DNA of 64,000 bases from an uncultured Gammaproteobacteria bacterium (GTDB taxonomy: Bacteria > Pseudomonadota > Gammaproteobacteria > JACCXJ01), in the NCBI GenBank assembly GCA_963764725.1, contig CAVXTM010000001.1, forward strand, positions 128,001 through 192,000, written 5' to 3'. Shown here in pieces: positions 49,918 through 60,220 of the stretch. Made by a program: the position numbers and the translations under genes. The notes below the pieces were generated by a model. The model was given only the letters and a program-made list of their open reading frames with translations, was not told where the DNA came from and ran no database searches. Within the stretch, counting starts at the first letter, position 1. Every line of letters begins with the position of its first letter.

Positions 49918-52900
49918 ATGATAGACAACATTAAAAGGCAGCTTGTCGTCGTGCTTGGTATGCACCGAAGCGGCACCAGTGCGATTACGCGTGGGTTGAC
50001 TGCTCTAGGTGTCGAGCTGGGTCAAACGCTTATTCCCGCAATGCCCGATAATCCCAGCGGTTTTTGGGAAGACCGCGATATAACCACCCTGAACATGGAA
50101 TTGCTTCGGCACCTGGGGCACGACTACTACCACTCCTCATTAGTTCCAATTCTAGAGAGCGATCTCGCTTCAGAAAGGATGTCAGCCTTCAGACTGCGTG
50201 CAGTCGAATTACTTCGGCAAAAAACGGCAGCTAACGCCATCTTTGGTATCAAAGACCCACGTACCGCGCGCCTGTTGCCGTTTTGGCAGGCCATTTATGA
50301 CTATCTGGGACTCATAGTAGGCTACGTTATTGCCGTTCGCAATCCACTCAGCGTGGCGCGTTCATTGAGCGTCCGAAACGAGTTCGAGTCGGAGAAATCT
50401 CATTATCTGTGGCTCGAGCACATGGTTCCTGCTGTATTGGAAACGTCATCTGCCCGGCGGGTATTTGTTAACTACGATAACCTGATGGATAACGCCGCGA
50501 GAGAAGTTCAAAGGATTGCTGCAAGTCTGGTGTTGTCCACCGATACGATTCACGATGGATTACTTAAAGAATACCAGAACGCATTCCTAGAAGATAACTT
50601 GCGCCATAGCCAATATACGACGGAGGATCTTCGTCTTGACCCGTCGGTTCCACGACCTGTAATCGAAGCGTATGAACTTCTGGTAAAGCTCGCCTCCGAT
50701 GAACTGTCGCCCGTCGCTGCAGAGGTAACCAGTACGTTCCGCCGCTTGCAACATGAACTGAATGATTTGCGCCCGGCTTTGGGCTATATAACCCGCTTGG
50801 AAGAGAGAATCGCCGGCCTCAACCAAGGGGTGGCCGAGCGCGATGGGCGGATCGCCAGGCTCAACCAGACGGTGGCCGAGCGCGATGGGCAGATCGCTAG
50901 CCTCGACCGAGCGGTGGCCGAGCGCGATGGGCAGATCGCTAGTCTCGACCGAGCGGTGGCCGAGCGCGATGGGCAGATCGCTAGCCTCGACCGAGCGGTG
51001 GCCGAGCGCGATGGGCAGATCGCTAGTCTCGACCGAGCAATGGCCGAGCGCGATGGGCGGATCGCTAGCCTCGACCGAGCAATGGCCGAGCGCGGTGCGA
51101 TAATGCGCGCTATGTATGCGTCTACTTCCTGGCGTATAACGGCACCGCTCAGGTTTGTTGAGAGGGCGGCAAGCAGGCTGCGGTTCCGTCGGAGGTTCCG
51201 AACGGTCATTTCTATCACAGCGAGATCACTCTATCGCGTTCTGCCAATATCCGTCGGCCGGAAGGTCAAGTTGAAGGGCTGGCTTTTCGGGTCGTTCCCC
51301 TTCCTCTTTGGTCAGACGTCCGCCTACCGAAACTGGGCCGCCTTGATGGCCCGTAACGACCGCCAGCGCGCGGTGGACAACTTCGACCGTAACTTCTATC
51401 TCCAAGCCTATCCCGACGTCGCCGAGAGTGGCGTCGATCCCCTTCAGCACTACCTCAACGAAGGCCGGAAGGAAGGCCGGCTGGGTCGAGCGCCTCAACT
51501 GATCGTCAACGCGGATCCGCAGGTGCTCGCTTCCGACCGTCCGACCGTTCTTGTGGTCAGTCACGAAGCCTCACGGACCGGTGCGCCGATCCTCGCGTGG
51601 AACATCTGCCGCGAACTGAGGAATCGCTGCAACGTGATTGCGCTGCTGCTCGGCGGCGGCGGAATCGCCAGCTACTTCGCCGAGACCTGCGACGTCGTCG
51701 TGGGCCCCTTCGACGGGCCCATCCGTAATCCGACGGCCGTTGGTCCCATCGTGAATGATATCTGCGACCGCTACAGCATCGACGTCGCACTCGTCAACAG
51801 CATCGAATCACGCGCAGTGATTCCGCCGCTCAGCGAGCGATTCGTGCCGTCGGTCCTACTGGTTCATGAATTTTTCGCGTACACGCGGCCGCGCGAGGAC
51901 TTCGTCGCGGCACTGCGTCTGGCTGCCGACGTTGTCTTCTCGGCCCAAATAGTCCAGCGCAACGCGCTGACCGAGCAGACCCGTCCGGTGGTCGAAGCCT
52001 CGCACGTGCTCGCGCAGGGGAAGTGCGTGATCCCGGCCGGCGCGCCGGCTGGCCTCGGGACGGCCGCCGAACTAGCGGCCATCGAGCCATTGGTGCGGCC
52101 TGGCGGTCGCAAGCGCTTCTTCGTGCTTGGCGCTGGCACGGTGCAGTATCGCAAGGGTGTCGATCTCTTCGTTGCCACAGCGGCCGAGGTCCGGCGACTC
52201 GGCCGCGACGCCGACGTGGCGATGCTGTGGATCGGCCAGGGCTTCGATCCGGAACGAGATCTGAGCTACTCTGCGTATGTGCAAGAGCAGATTGTGGCTG
52301 CGGGTATCGATAACATCGCAGTGATCGGCGAAGTCGAGAATCTCGAAGCAGTCTACGCGCTCGCCGACGCGCTATTCCTATCTTCGCGTCTCGATCCGAT
52401 GCCGAATGTCGCAATCGATGCGATGTCGATCGGCAAGCCGGTGATATGCTTCGACAACGCGACTGGCATCGCCGAGATACTCGCACATGACCCACGTACC
52501 GCCGAATGCATCGTACCGTCCGCAAGTATCGGAGATGCCGCCCGCCTGATCCTACGGCTGCAGTCGTCGCTGGCGTTCGCCGACGCTGTATCGGCCGGTG
52601 TGCGGGATCTCGCGGCCCGGTACTTCCATATGCCAAGCTACGTCGCGCGCCTGTTCGACATTGCATGGGCAGCGCGGACACGCAGTCTGCAGGAACGTAA
52701 CGACGCGGCAACTTTGCAGGATGCCGCGGACTTCGACGTCGACTTCGACTCGATGCCGGTTACGTACCCTCGGACCCGCGAGCACGCGATCGTCAGCTTC
52801 CTGCGTTCGTCGGCGAGCGGCATCGAGGCGCGGCGTCCGGCGCCGGGTTTCGATTCCGCCACTTATGCACGACACCACGAGCTTGGCCGGGACGCGGCGA

Positions 52901-53721
52901 ATCCCTTCGCCCACTGGCTACGTGCCGGGCGTCCGGACGGTCCGTGGCGTGTCGAGGTCATCGATCCGTCGAACCACACGGAGGCCCCCGTCGCGATCAG
53001 GCTTCGGCGCGCGCTACACGTTCACGCCTTCTATTTCGACCTGCTCGACGACATCGTCGCGCGCCTCGGATCCGAAGGCCCGCCATGCGACCTATTCGTC
53101 AGCGTGGCGTCCGACGCCGACGCAGCGCAGGCGCGCAGGCTTTTCGAAACCTATCGGCGCGGTGCCTGCGATGTGCGAGTGGTACCGAACTGCGGCCGTG
53201 ATATCGGCCCCTTCCTGACGGCTTTCGGCACTAGGCTGCGCACCTACGACGTCATTGGCCACGTCCACACGAAGCAAAGTCACGTGCTCAAAGACCGCGA
53301 GATCGCACGGCGCTGGCGCGAATACCTGCTCGAGAATCTGCTCGGCCGCGAGCATCCGTCGGCCGACGCGATCCTCGGGCGCTTCGCCGAGGATCCGCAG
53401 CTCGGTGTCGTTTACCCGGACGATCCCCATGTGCTCGACTGGGGACGGAACCGCGATTTTGCCGGCGCGCTCGCGCGACGGATGGGCATCGCGAGCCTTC
53501 CTGACCCGCCCCCGAGTTTCCCGGTCGGCACGATGTTCTGGGCGCGCCCGGCCGCGCTGGCGCCGCTGTTCGACCTCGGCTTCGACTGGAGTGATTATCC
53601 GGCCGAACCTCTGCCCTACGACGGTTCTATTTTGCACGCGATCGAGCGCCTGCTGCCGATCGTCGTCGCACATACCGGATACCGTCGCGCTGCCGTCCAC
53701 GTCCCTGGATCGACACGATGA
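49918..53721 (+). CDS. Multidomain protein: sulfotransferase-like + coiled coil + GT4-like + RgpF
   Basis: GMHRSGTS, KDPR, RNPLSVARS; 14-aa repeats; HEASRTGAP, SSRLDPMPNV; HAFYFD, NCGRDIGP, HTKQS, GTMFW, HAIER. Confidence 0.88.
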   Translation: MIDNIKRQLVVVLGMHRSGTSAITRGLTALGVELGQTLIPAMPDNPSGFWEDRDITTLNMELLRHLGHDYYHSSLVPILESDLASERMSAFRLRAVELLRQKTAANAIFGIKDPRTARLLPFWQAIYDYLGLIVGYVIAVRNPLSVARSLSVRNEFESEKSHYLWLEHMVPAVLETSSARRVFVNYDNLMDNAAREVQRIAASLVLSTDTIHDGLLKEYQNAFLEDNLRHSQYTTEDLRLDPSVPRPVIEAYELLVKLASDELSPVAAEVTSTFRRLQHELNDLRPALGYITRLEERIAGLNQGVAERDGRIARLNQTVAERDGQIASLDRAVAERDGQIASLDRAVAERDGQIASLDRAVAERDGQIASLDRAMAERDGRIASLDRAMAERGAIMRAMYASTSWRITAPLRFVERAASRLRFRRRFRTVISITARSLYRVLPISVGRKVKLKGWLFGSFPFLFGQTSAYRNWAALMARNDRQRAVDNFDRNFYLQAYPDVAESGVDPLQHYLNEGRKEGRLGRAPQLIVNADPQVLASDRPTVLVVSHEASRTGAPILAWNICRELRNRCNVIALLLGGGGIASYFAETCDVVVGPFDGPIRNPTAVGPIVNDICDRYSIDVALVNSIESRAVIPPLSERFVPSVLLVHEFFAYTRPREDFVAALRLAADVVFSAQIVQRNALTEQTRPVVEASHVLAQGKCVIPAGAPAGLGTAAELAAIEPLVRPGGRKRFFVLGAGTVQYRKGVDLFVATAAEVRRLGRDADVAMLWIGQGFDPERDLSYSAYVQEQIVAAGIDNIAVIGEVENLEAVYALADALFLSSRLDPMPNVAIDAMSIGKPVICFDNATGIAEILAHDPRTAECIVPSASIGDAARLILRLQSSLAFADAVSAGVRDLAARYFHMPSYVARLFDIAWAARTRSLQERNDAATLQDAADFDVDFDSMPVTYPRTREHAIVSFLRSSASGIEARRPAPGFDSATYARHHELGRDAANPFAHWLRAGRPDGPWRVEVIDPSNHTEAPVAIRLRRALHVHAFYFDLLDDIVARLGSEGPPCDLFVSVASDADAAQARRLFETYRRGACDVRVVPNCGRDIGPFLTAFGTRLRTYDVIGHVHTKQSHVLKDREIARRWREYLLENLLGREHPSADAILGRFAEDPQLGVVYPDDPHVLDWGRNRDFAGALARRMGIASLPDPPPSFPVGTMFWARPAALAPLFDLGFDWSDYPAEPLPYDGSILHAIERLLPIVVAHTGYRRAAVHVPGSTR
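50809..51093 (+). repeat. In-frame 42-bp tandem repeat, ~6.8 units (IASLDRAVAERDGQ)
   Basis: Units start at 50809, 50851, 50893, 50935, 50977, 51019, 51061. Confidence 0.95.
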
Positions 53722-53851
53722 ACGCGGCTTGCTTCGTGCCTTCTCGGTCTCTCGATCGCGAATTGGGCGAGCACCACATGGCTACGGGACTGCAACCGCG
53801 CGGGGAAACTGCGCGTGTGTTTCCAAAGCGACGGGGACAGGCCGACTTACC

Positions 53852-54781
53852 ATGCGGTGTTTGATCCTAGGCGGTGGCGGGTTCATCGGATCGTTTCTCG
53901 CGGACCGGCTGCTCATCCTCGGTCACGCCGTACGGATCTTCGAGCGACCGCGCGTGCTTCCGTACCGGGCCTTCGGCCGCGAAGAACGCGTCGAGTGGCT
54001 CGCTGGCGACTTCCAGAGCGCGGCCGACGTTGAGGCGGTCGAAGGTTGCAACGTGGTGTTCCATCTGGTTTCGACCACGTTGCCGAAGAATTCCAACGAC
54101 GACCCCATCTACGACGTCGAGACCAACCTCGTTGGCACGCTTAGGCTGCTTGCCGCGGCAGTACGGTGTGCGGTCCAGAAAGTCGTGTTCATCTCGTCGG
54201 GCGGCACCGTGTACGGCGTACCCAGTCGGATCCCCATCTCCGAGGAGCATCCCACCGAGCCCCTCGTGTCCTATGGAATCGTCAAGCTTGCGATTGAAAA
54301 GTACCTGCATCTCTACTGGTGCATGCATGGGTTAGACTACCGCGTTCTCCGAGTCTCGAATCCTTTCGGCGAGCGGCAGCGCGTGGACACCGCCCAGGGC
54401 GCGGTGGCCGTGTTCCTGAGCAGGGCGCTTGCGGGCCAGCCGATCGAGATCTGGGGCGACGGCAGCGTGACACGTGACTACGTCTACATCGAGAACGTCG
54501 TGGACGCGTTCATCATGGCCATGAAGCACGATGGCGAGCCGCGCGTTTTCAACATCGGCTCGGGTGAAGGCCGCAGCCTGAACCAGTTGCTTACGACTAT
54601 GGAGGAGCTGATCGGGCGTCCCGTCGAACGGCGCTACCTGCCGGCCCGTAAGTTCGACGTGCCGGTGAACGTGCTCGACGTCAGCCGCGCACGGGACGTG
54701 CTGGGCTGGCGGCCACGCGTCTCCTTCCGCGATGGGCTAGGACGAACACTGGATTGGTTGCGCACCTCGCAGGGCCGATAG
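53852..54781 (+). CDS. NAD-dependent epimerase/dehydratase
   Basis: LGGGGFIGS, SSGGTVYG, YGIVK, RVSNPFG, RDYVY. Confidence 0.9.
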   Translation: MRCLILGGGGFIGSFLADRLLILGHAVRIFERPRVLPYRAFGREERVEWLAGDFQSAADVEAVEGCNVVFHLVSTTLPKNSNDDPIYDVETNLVGTLRLLAAAVRCAVQKVVFISSGGTVYGVPSRIPISEEHPTEPLVSYGIVKLAIEKYLHLYWCMHGLDYRVLRVSNPFGERQRVDTAQGAVAVFLSRALAGQPIEIWGDGSVTRDYVYIENVVDAFIMAMKHDGEPRVFNIGSGEGRSLNQLLTTMEELIGRPVERRYLPARKFDVPVNVLDVSRARDVLGWRPRVSFRDGLGRTLDWLRTSQGR

Positions 54782-54886
54782 AGACTTGCTCTAACGCCAT
54801 ACCACCTGCCTCCAAGAGGATGGTCTTCATTTCAAAACCGTATTCGCGTCACACGGCCACGCCCCGCCCCTGTCATGTTTTCGACT

Positions 54887-55030
54887 ATGTCTACTGAAGG
54901 AACTCCTGGTATGCCACGGCTATTGCAGGTCTCTTGCCTGCCGTATCTCCTCGTGGCCGCTTGGCTGACTTTCGTCGGGTGGGCGATATGGCAGCACGTC
55001 CAGGCGAGCGGGCAGCGGTCAAGTGCGTAA
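54887..55030 (+). pseudogene. Truncated 5' end of a membrane protein gene
   Basis: 47-aa ORF with TM helix PYLLVAAWLTFVGWAIW, fused to the opposite-strand methyltransferase fragment. Confidence 0.45.
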
Positions 55031-55100
55031 AGACGGAGAAGGCATAGAGGAGATCGAACTTCGAATCACCAAGCTCCGTCGGTGGTAGGAGAGAATTGAC
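55017..55100 (-). pseudogene. Methyltransferase middle fragment (continuation of 62603-62874)
   Basis: Reads VNSLLPPTELGDSKFDLLYAFSVFTHLT, continuing DFGTYSV from the other side of the IS21 element. Confidence 0.8.
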
Positions 55101-55450
55101 TGTGTATTCCGCGCCATTGTGATCGGTGATTCCAATTGATTGTGATCACGGTTTCCGACGGATTGTGATCGCTAATTCCGCGCATTGTGATCACGGATTG
55201 TGTGGGATCACCAAGGGTTTCTTATTTCGTTCGGTTTTTAACGGCATCGTTTTTCGGGCCGATGGTGTTTGTGGTGGCGGAGGATGTTTCGGCGCGTGCG
55301 CAGCGCTCGCTGGGATGTCACGGAGTCGCGCTCTTCCTCTGCGCGCTGCCGATGTTCTACCACTTCGAGCGGTCGAGCGCTTCCAGCTCGCCTGGATACT
55401 GGGGCTTCACCGATACCGTTCTTGCGGGAGTGGCGGCGCTCGCCTGCTCG

Positions 55451-56410
55451 GTGCTCACAGACATGATAGAAATCGATAAGCTCGACCCCCGGCGGGAGTG
55501 TGGCGCGGAGGTAGGTCCAGTTATCACGCGCCCCATCGGCGAGCTTGACCAAGCCGAGATCGGGCCGTTGCCTGAGTGCGGCTTCTATCTCCTGGGTCAG
55601 CATCGTCTTCAAGCCCGCCTTGTGCCGCTCAGGCATCCGTGCCATCCGCACCGTGGATAGTCGATTGCCTTCCGCGTCATAGTAGGTCAACGTACCGCAG
55701 CCCACTTCCGAATACCCCGCCGGGCCGCACGTGCGCTTATCTTGTGCCTGGGACTCCTCGCGTTTCTGTGCACGCGCCCCGTCTTTCATCGGCACCATCA
55801 CCCCATCGAGGGAGACGGCCAGGGTGACCGCCTCCGTCGGCATCTGTGCCTTTGCACGCAGCTCAGCTTCATAATGGCTCCGCTTCGCCTCCCAGCGTGC
55901 GCTCAGTTGCTTGGGCAGCCGGTCAAGGCTCGATTTCGAAGGTGTCATGTTCCCTAGCTCCTGAAACAGATCCTCGCCTTCTTGCGGCGTCAGATGCGCA
56001 ACCACAAAAGCCACCTGCCGGGCCGCGAGCGGCGTCCAGCGCCCCTCCACAATACCCGCCCGCAACTCCAGCGGACACAGCGTGCGCTCTTCACCTCGTC
56101 CACGCCGATATAAGCTCCGCATCACCTGAACTGGGCCCGCCGCACTCACATAGGTCTCCTCGCAGCGCACCACCCGTCGGTATAACTCACCCTCAACCGT
56201 TACCGCCGGCAGATCCACATCCAACCGTGCTAACTCCTCGGCCAATACCTCACGCTCGGCCGCCACAAAATACTCATGCAGCTCGCGCTCAAAACCCTCC
56301 ATCTCATCGACCGCTTCAGTCGATAAGCGCCGCCGTGCTAAAAATGCCTGCAGACGATCAAAGGCGCTCTCAACACTAGCGTACCCAGCCTGTTCATGTA
56401 AAACTCTCAT
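55451..56410 (-). pseudogene. ISKra4-family transposase, 3' truncated
   Basis: CPLELRAG, SLDGVMVP, GYSEVGCG, LADGARDNW, IDFYH; homology stops after FYHVCEH. Confidence 0.75.
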
Positions 56411-56666
56411 CGGGGCAGTCCTCCGGATTTTGGTTTGTTCGACAACTCCCTATTATCTGTGAGATGTCCTGCCCCTTCATCTCATCCACCCACCAAACAA
56501 AAGTGTCATATTACAGACCCAGTGACCGCCTAACTCCTTGATTCATCGATCAGTGCTCGATCTACTCCCAAGGAGTTGGTAGTGGGATAGGCCACATCTG
56601 TTTTTCTTGACCACTCATCGGTAGCACACAACCGTAGGGTCTTTCCAAGTGGGAGGACCGGCGGAG

Positions 56667-58229
56667 ATGGCGAAAAAGAGGCTACTGATGAGAAAGTTAC
56701 GTGAGATCCTGAGGCTCAAATATGAGGCCAAGCTTCCGCACCGGGTGATTGGGCGGGCGTGCGGCATTGGGGCGGGCACGGTCTCGATGTACGTGCAACG
56801 GGCCAAGCGCGAGGGGCTGAGCTGGCCCCTGCCTGAAGCGCTCGACGATGACCCCCTGGAGAGCAAGCTATTTCGCGAGCCTTTCCATGAGCGGGTCGCG
56901 CGCCCCGCCCCGGAGTGCGAAGCCATCCACCGAGAGCTGAAGCGTCCAGGGGTCACCTTGCAACTGTTGTGGCTCGAGTACCTCGAGGCGCACCCTCAGG
57001 GGTATCGTTACAGTCAGTTCTGTCACGTTTACCGCCGCTGGGTGAAGAAGCTCCACCCGAGTCTCCGGCAACGCCACCGTGCGGGAGAGAAGGTCTTTGT
57101 CAACTACTCGGGCAAGCGGCTTCATCTCATCGACCCCGAGACGGGTGAACTGATCCCTGTCGAGCTTTTCGTCGGGGTACTCGGAGCCAGCGGGTATCTC
57201 TTTGCGGAAGCCACGGCGGGCCAGACATTGCCCGAGTGGATTGGATCGCACATCCGGATGCTGGAATTCTATGGCGGCTGTCCGGCTGTCTTTGTGCCGG
57301 ACAATTTACGGAGCGGCGTCACGCACCCTTGTCGCTATGAGCCCGAAGTCAATCGGAGCTATGCCGATCTGGCACGCTTCTATGGCGCGGTGGTGATCCC
57401 CGCACGGGTCCGAAAACCCAAGGACAAAGCCAAGGCGGAAGCCGGGGTCTTATTGGCCCAGAGGTGGATCCTCGCAACGCTGCGTAACCGCACCTTCTTC
57501 AGCCTCGCTGAACTCAATGCCGCCATCCGGGAAAAGCTCGCGCAGATCAATAGCCGAGTGATGAAAAAAATGGGGATGAGCCGCCGCCAACTCTTCGAGC
57601 ATATCGACCGCCCGGCGCTCAAGCCGCTGCCGAGCGAGCATTTCGAGATGGCAGAGTGGAAGTACTGTCGGGTCAATGTGGACTACCACGTGGAGATCGA
57701 CCACAACTACTACAGCGTCCCCTATACGCTGCTCCACGAGCGCCTCGAAGCGCGCTTCACCACATCCCTCGTCGAGCTCTACGACAAAAGCCGCCGCCTT
57801 ACCTCCCACAAACGCCTCTACGGTCGCGCGCAGGCATCCACCTACCACCAGCATATGCCTTCCCATCACCGTGAATACCGAGAGTGGTCTCCAGCAAGGC
57901 TTATTGACTGGGCCGCTAGAAGCGGACCGGCGACCGCGCAGATGGTCACCGAAATCTTGCGCCGTCGACGCCACCCCGAACAAGGTTACCGTGCCTCGCT
58001 AGGCCTGATGCGTTTAGGCCGACAATACGGGGCGGAGCGCCTCGAAGCCGCTTGCGCCCGTGCGCTGCGCTTCGGCGCCTATGGCTACCGTACGGTGAAA
58101 AATATCTTGAGTACGGGCCTTGACAGCTTGTGCTCAGAGCAGGAAGCGGCCAAGCCCTTAGCCCCGATGCCCCACCACGACAATATCCGGGGTGCGGCTT
58201 ATTACACCTTGGAGGAAACCCCATGTTAG
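56667..58229 (+). CDS. istA: IS21 transposase IstA (first catalytic Asp appears to be Asn)
   Basis: REILRLK, YSQFC, FVNYSG, VPDNL, PKDKAKAE, YYSVPY, HPEQGYR. Confidence 0.93.
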   Translation: MAKKRLLMRKLREILRLKYEAKLPHRVIGRACGIGAGTVSMYVQRAKREGLSWPLPEALDDDPLESKLFREPFHERVARPAPECEAIHRELKRPGVTLQLLWLEYLEAHPQGYRYSQFCHVYRRWVKKLHPSLRQRHRAGEKVFVNYSGKRLHLIDPETGELIPVELFVGVLGASGYLFAEATAGQTLPEWIGSHIRMLEFYGGCPAVFVPDNLRSGVTHPCRYEPEVNRSYADLARFYGAVVIPARVRKPKDKAKAEAGVLLAQRWILATLRNRTFFSLAELNAAIREKLAQINSRVMKKMGMSRRQLFEHIDRPALKPLPSEHFEMAEWKYCRVNVDYHVEIDHNYYSVPYTLLHERLEARFTTSLVELYDKSRRLTSHKRLYGRAQASTYHQHMPSHHREYREWSPARLIDWAARSGPATAQMVTEILRRRRHPEQGYRASLGLMRLGRQYGAERLEAACARALRFGAYGYRTVKNILSTGLDSLCSEQEAAKPLAPMPHHDNIRGAAYYTLEETPC

Positions 58230-58382
58230 CCCAACTTTCTCAACTGGAGGGGCTGATCGGTCGGGAAGGCGCATAAAATGGACGACGAGGCCTACAGGTC
58301 TCCACTACAAATGGGGATCGATCGCGTCAGCGCACGAGTTGGCCGCCGGCGGTTATTCGCGGTGGTGGTTGCGGGGGGAGAG

Positions 58383-60156
58383 TCAGGTTAAGTGGTCTGG
58401 GTTGGGCTCGGTGTAACGGCTCAAGATCAAGGTGCGGCCATCGGTGGTCGGGAGATGGACATCGAGCATCTGGATGCCGGCGAACTTATCGAGCACGGCG
58501 CGTGAGGTGAGCCCCTCTGCCAATGGCTTGAGTCGCGCTCTTAAGGTGATGTGCAGGCAATAGGCCATGAAGGCGACAAAGATGTGCGCTTCGATGCGGT
58601 GTTCGAGTTGATGGTAAATCGGGCGCAGTTGCAGATCGTCTTTCAGGTTTTTGAACGCCGCCTCAATCTCGGTAAGCTGGATGTAGAACTGCCAGAGATC
58701 CTCGGGATCTCGCCCACAGAGATTGGTGCGTAGTAGATAACGCCCCTCACGCCGACGCACCGCTCGTAGCTTCTGGCGATTGAGCCGAAAGGTGAACAGG
58801 GGTTGAGCGGTCGGATCGCTCGTGGCGGCAAACGCCTCGGGGTGTGCCTTGGTGTCAGATTCAGGCAAGGCGCCCGCTGCTTCGGCTTGTGGCAACAGGA
58901 GGTCGATCAGCCGCCAGGCGGCCCGATAACGTCCCTTGGCCTCCCCCAGCTTGAGCAGCAACTGGCGCGTGTCGTTGATCTTCATCTGCTGAAGTTGCTT
59001 CAGGCGCTTCACCAGCCTCTTGAGCTGCCGCTGGCGCATGGCGCGTTCCTTGTGGATGCGATCGCGGCTTTCGGCCAACACATAGAGCTCCTGCTCCTGG
59101 GGCAGGAGTTTTACCTGTACGCCCGGGCGCGCGGCTTGCCAGGGCAAGGGCAGGAGGTCTCGCTCCAGTTTGGTGAGCCTGCCTTTGGGGGTGCCGACCA
59201 GGTAGTAGACGGGCGGATCGGCCGCGCGCATTTCCTCGAGGATTTCCTCGGTGGGGATACCGCGGTCCATCACCCAGATCCGTTCCGCTCTTCCATATTG
59301 CATCTCGATCTTCTGCAAGAATACCCTTGAGCGTCGTCTTGTCGGCGGTGTTTCCCGGCAGCACTTCGTAGGCGATGGGGAAACCCTCCGGGGTGACCAC
59401 CAAGGCAATGACGACCTGCACGCAGTCGGGCCGCTTGTCGCGGCTGTAGCCATAGCGACGCTTGTCCTTTTCGTCCTCCGGCAGCGGGGATTCGAAGTAA
59501 GTGCTCGTCAGATCGTAGAGCAGGATATCGAAGCGGACGCCGAAAAGATCCTGCCAGCGCTGGGTCAGATGATCGAACAGCGCCCTCTTGTGGGCAAGCA
59601 CCTTGTCAAGGCAGCGATACAGCGCATTCTTCTCTACCAGCGAATAGTCCGCACTCAGCAGATCGCCCATGGCACTTTGTTCAAACCACAGCCGGTGCAA
59701 GCGCCATTCGCTGCCGGGATCGATCAAGCGGTAGACCACCAGCGTCTGCAGGATGTGATGCCAACAGGTGCCTTCGCGACTATCCGGCAGGCGTGCTTGC
59801 CAAAAGTGATCGAGCCCGAGTTGCTTATACAACTGACAGGCCAGCCAGCAAGCACCCCATTGTCGCGGTCGATGCAACTGTATTGCGTCGAGTCGTACCT
59901 TGACGCCATACCCCTTGGCGTGTTCGGGCACCTCACGCTCGGCGGGAAATAACGCGAGTTGTCTATGCCGCTGCGCGTCTTCATCGAACGCCTCGATCAC
60001 CCGGCACCAACCCTCGCGCTGGCTGTCGTTGATTTCGCCCAAATACAACACCTGGCGTTGCACGACTCTGCCATCGGAGCAGCGCTTGGCTTCGACGATG
60101 TTCCAGTAGCAATGCTCTTTGCCATCCTTGAAGCGCCGGTTGCATCGCAGATACAT
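58383..60156 (-). pseudogene. IS1634 transposase, frameshift near 59325 and small C-terminal deletion
   Basis: KDGKEH.YW, LYDLTSTYFE, GYSRDKRPD; second frame WVMDRGIP, IEAAFKNLK..L.LRP. Confidence 0.88.
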
Positions 60157-60220
60157 GATGCCGCCGTATTGTATGCAAAACCAGGCGGCTGAAAAGACAC
60201 TTGGTCTACACTACAGCTAC

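Noticed and set aside
50809-51093. 42-bp repeats as a CRISPR array
   Set aside because: Head-to-tail with no unique spacers, in frame within a CDS, and no cas genes
53255-53851. 200-aa N-terminal extension of the epimerase ORF
   Set aside because: Overlaps the upstream CDS in another frame; the Rossmann motif begins at ATG 53852
55101-55200. Short ATTGTGATC repeats as a CRISPR or iteron array
   Set aside because: Mirrored at about 62530-62602; they are IS21 subterminal transposase-binding repeats
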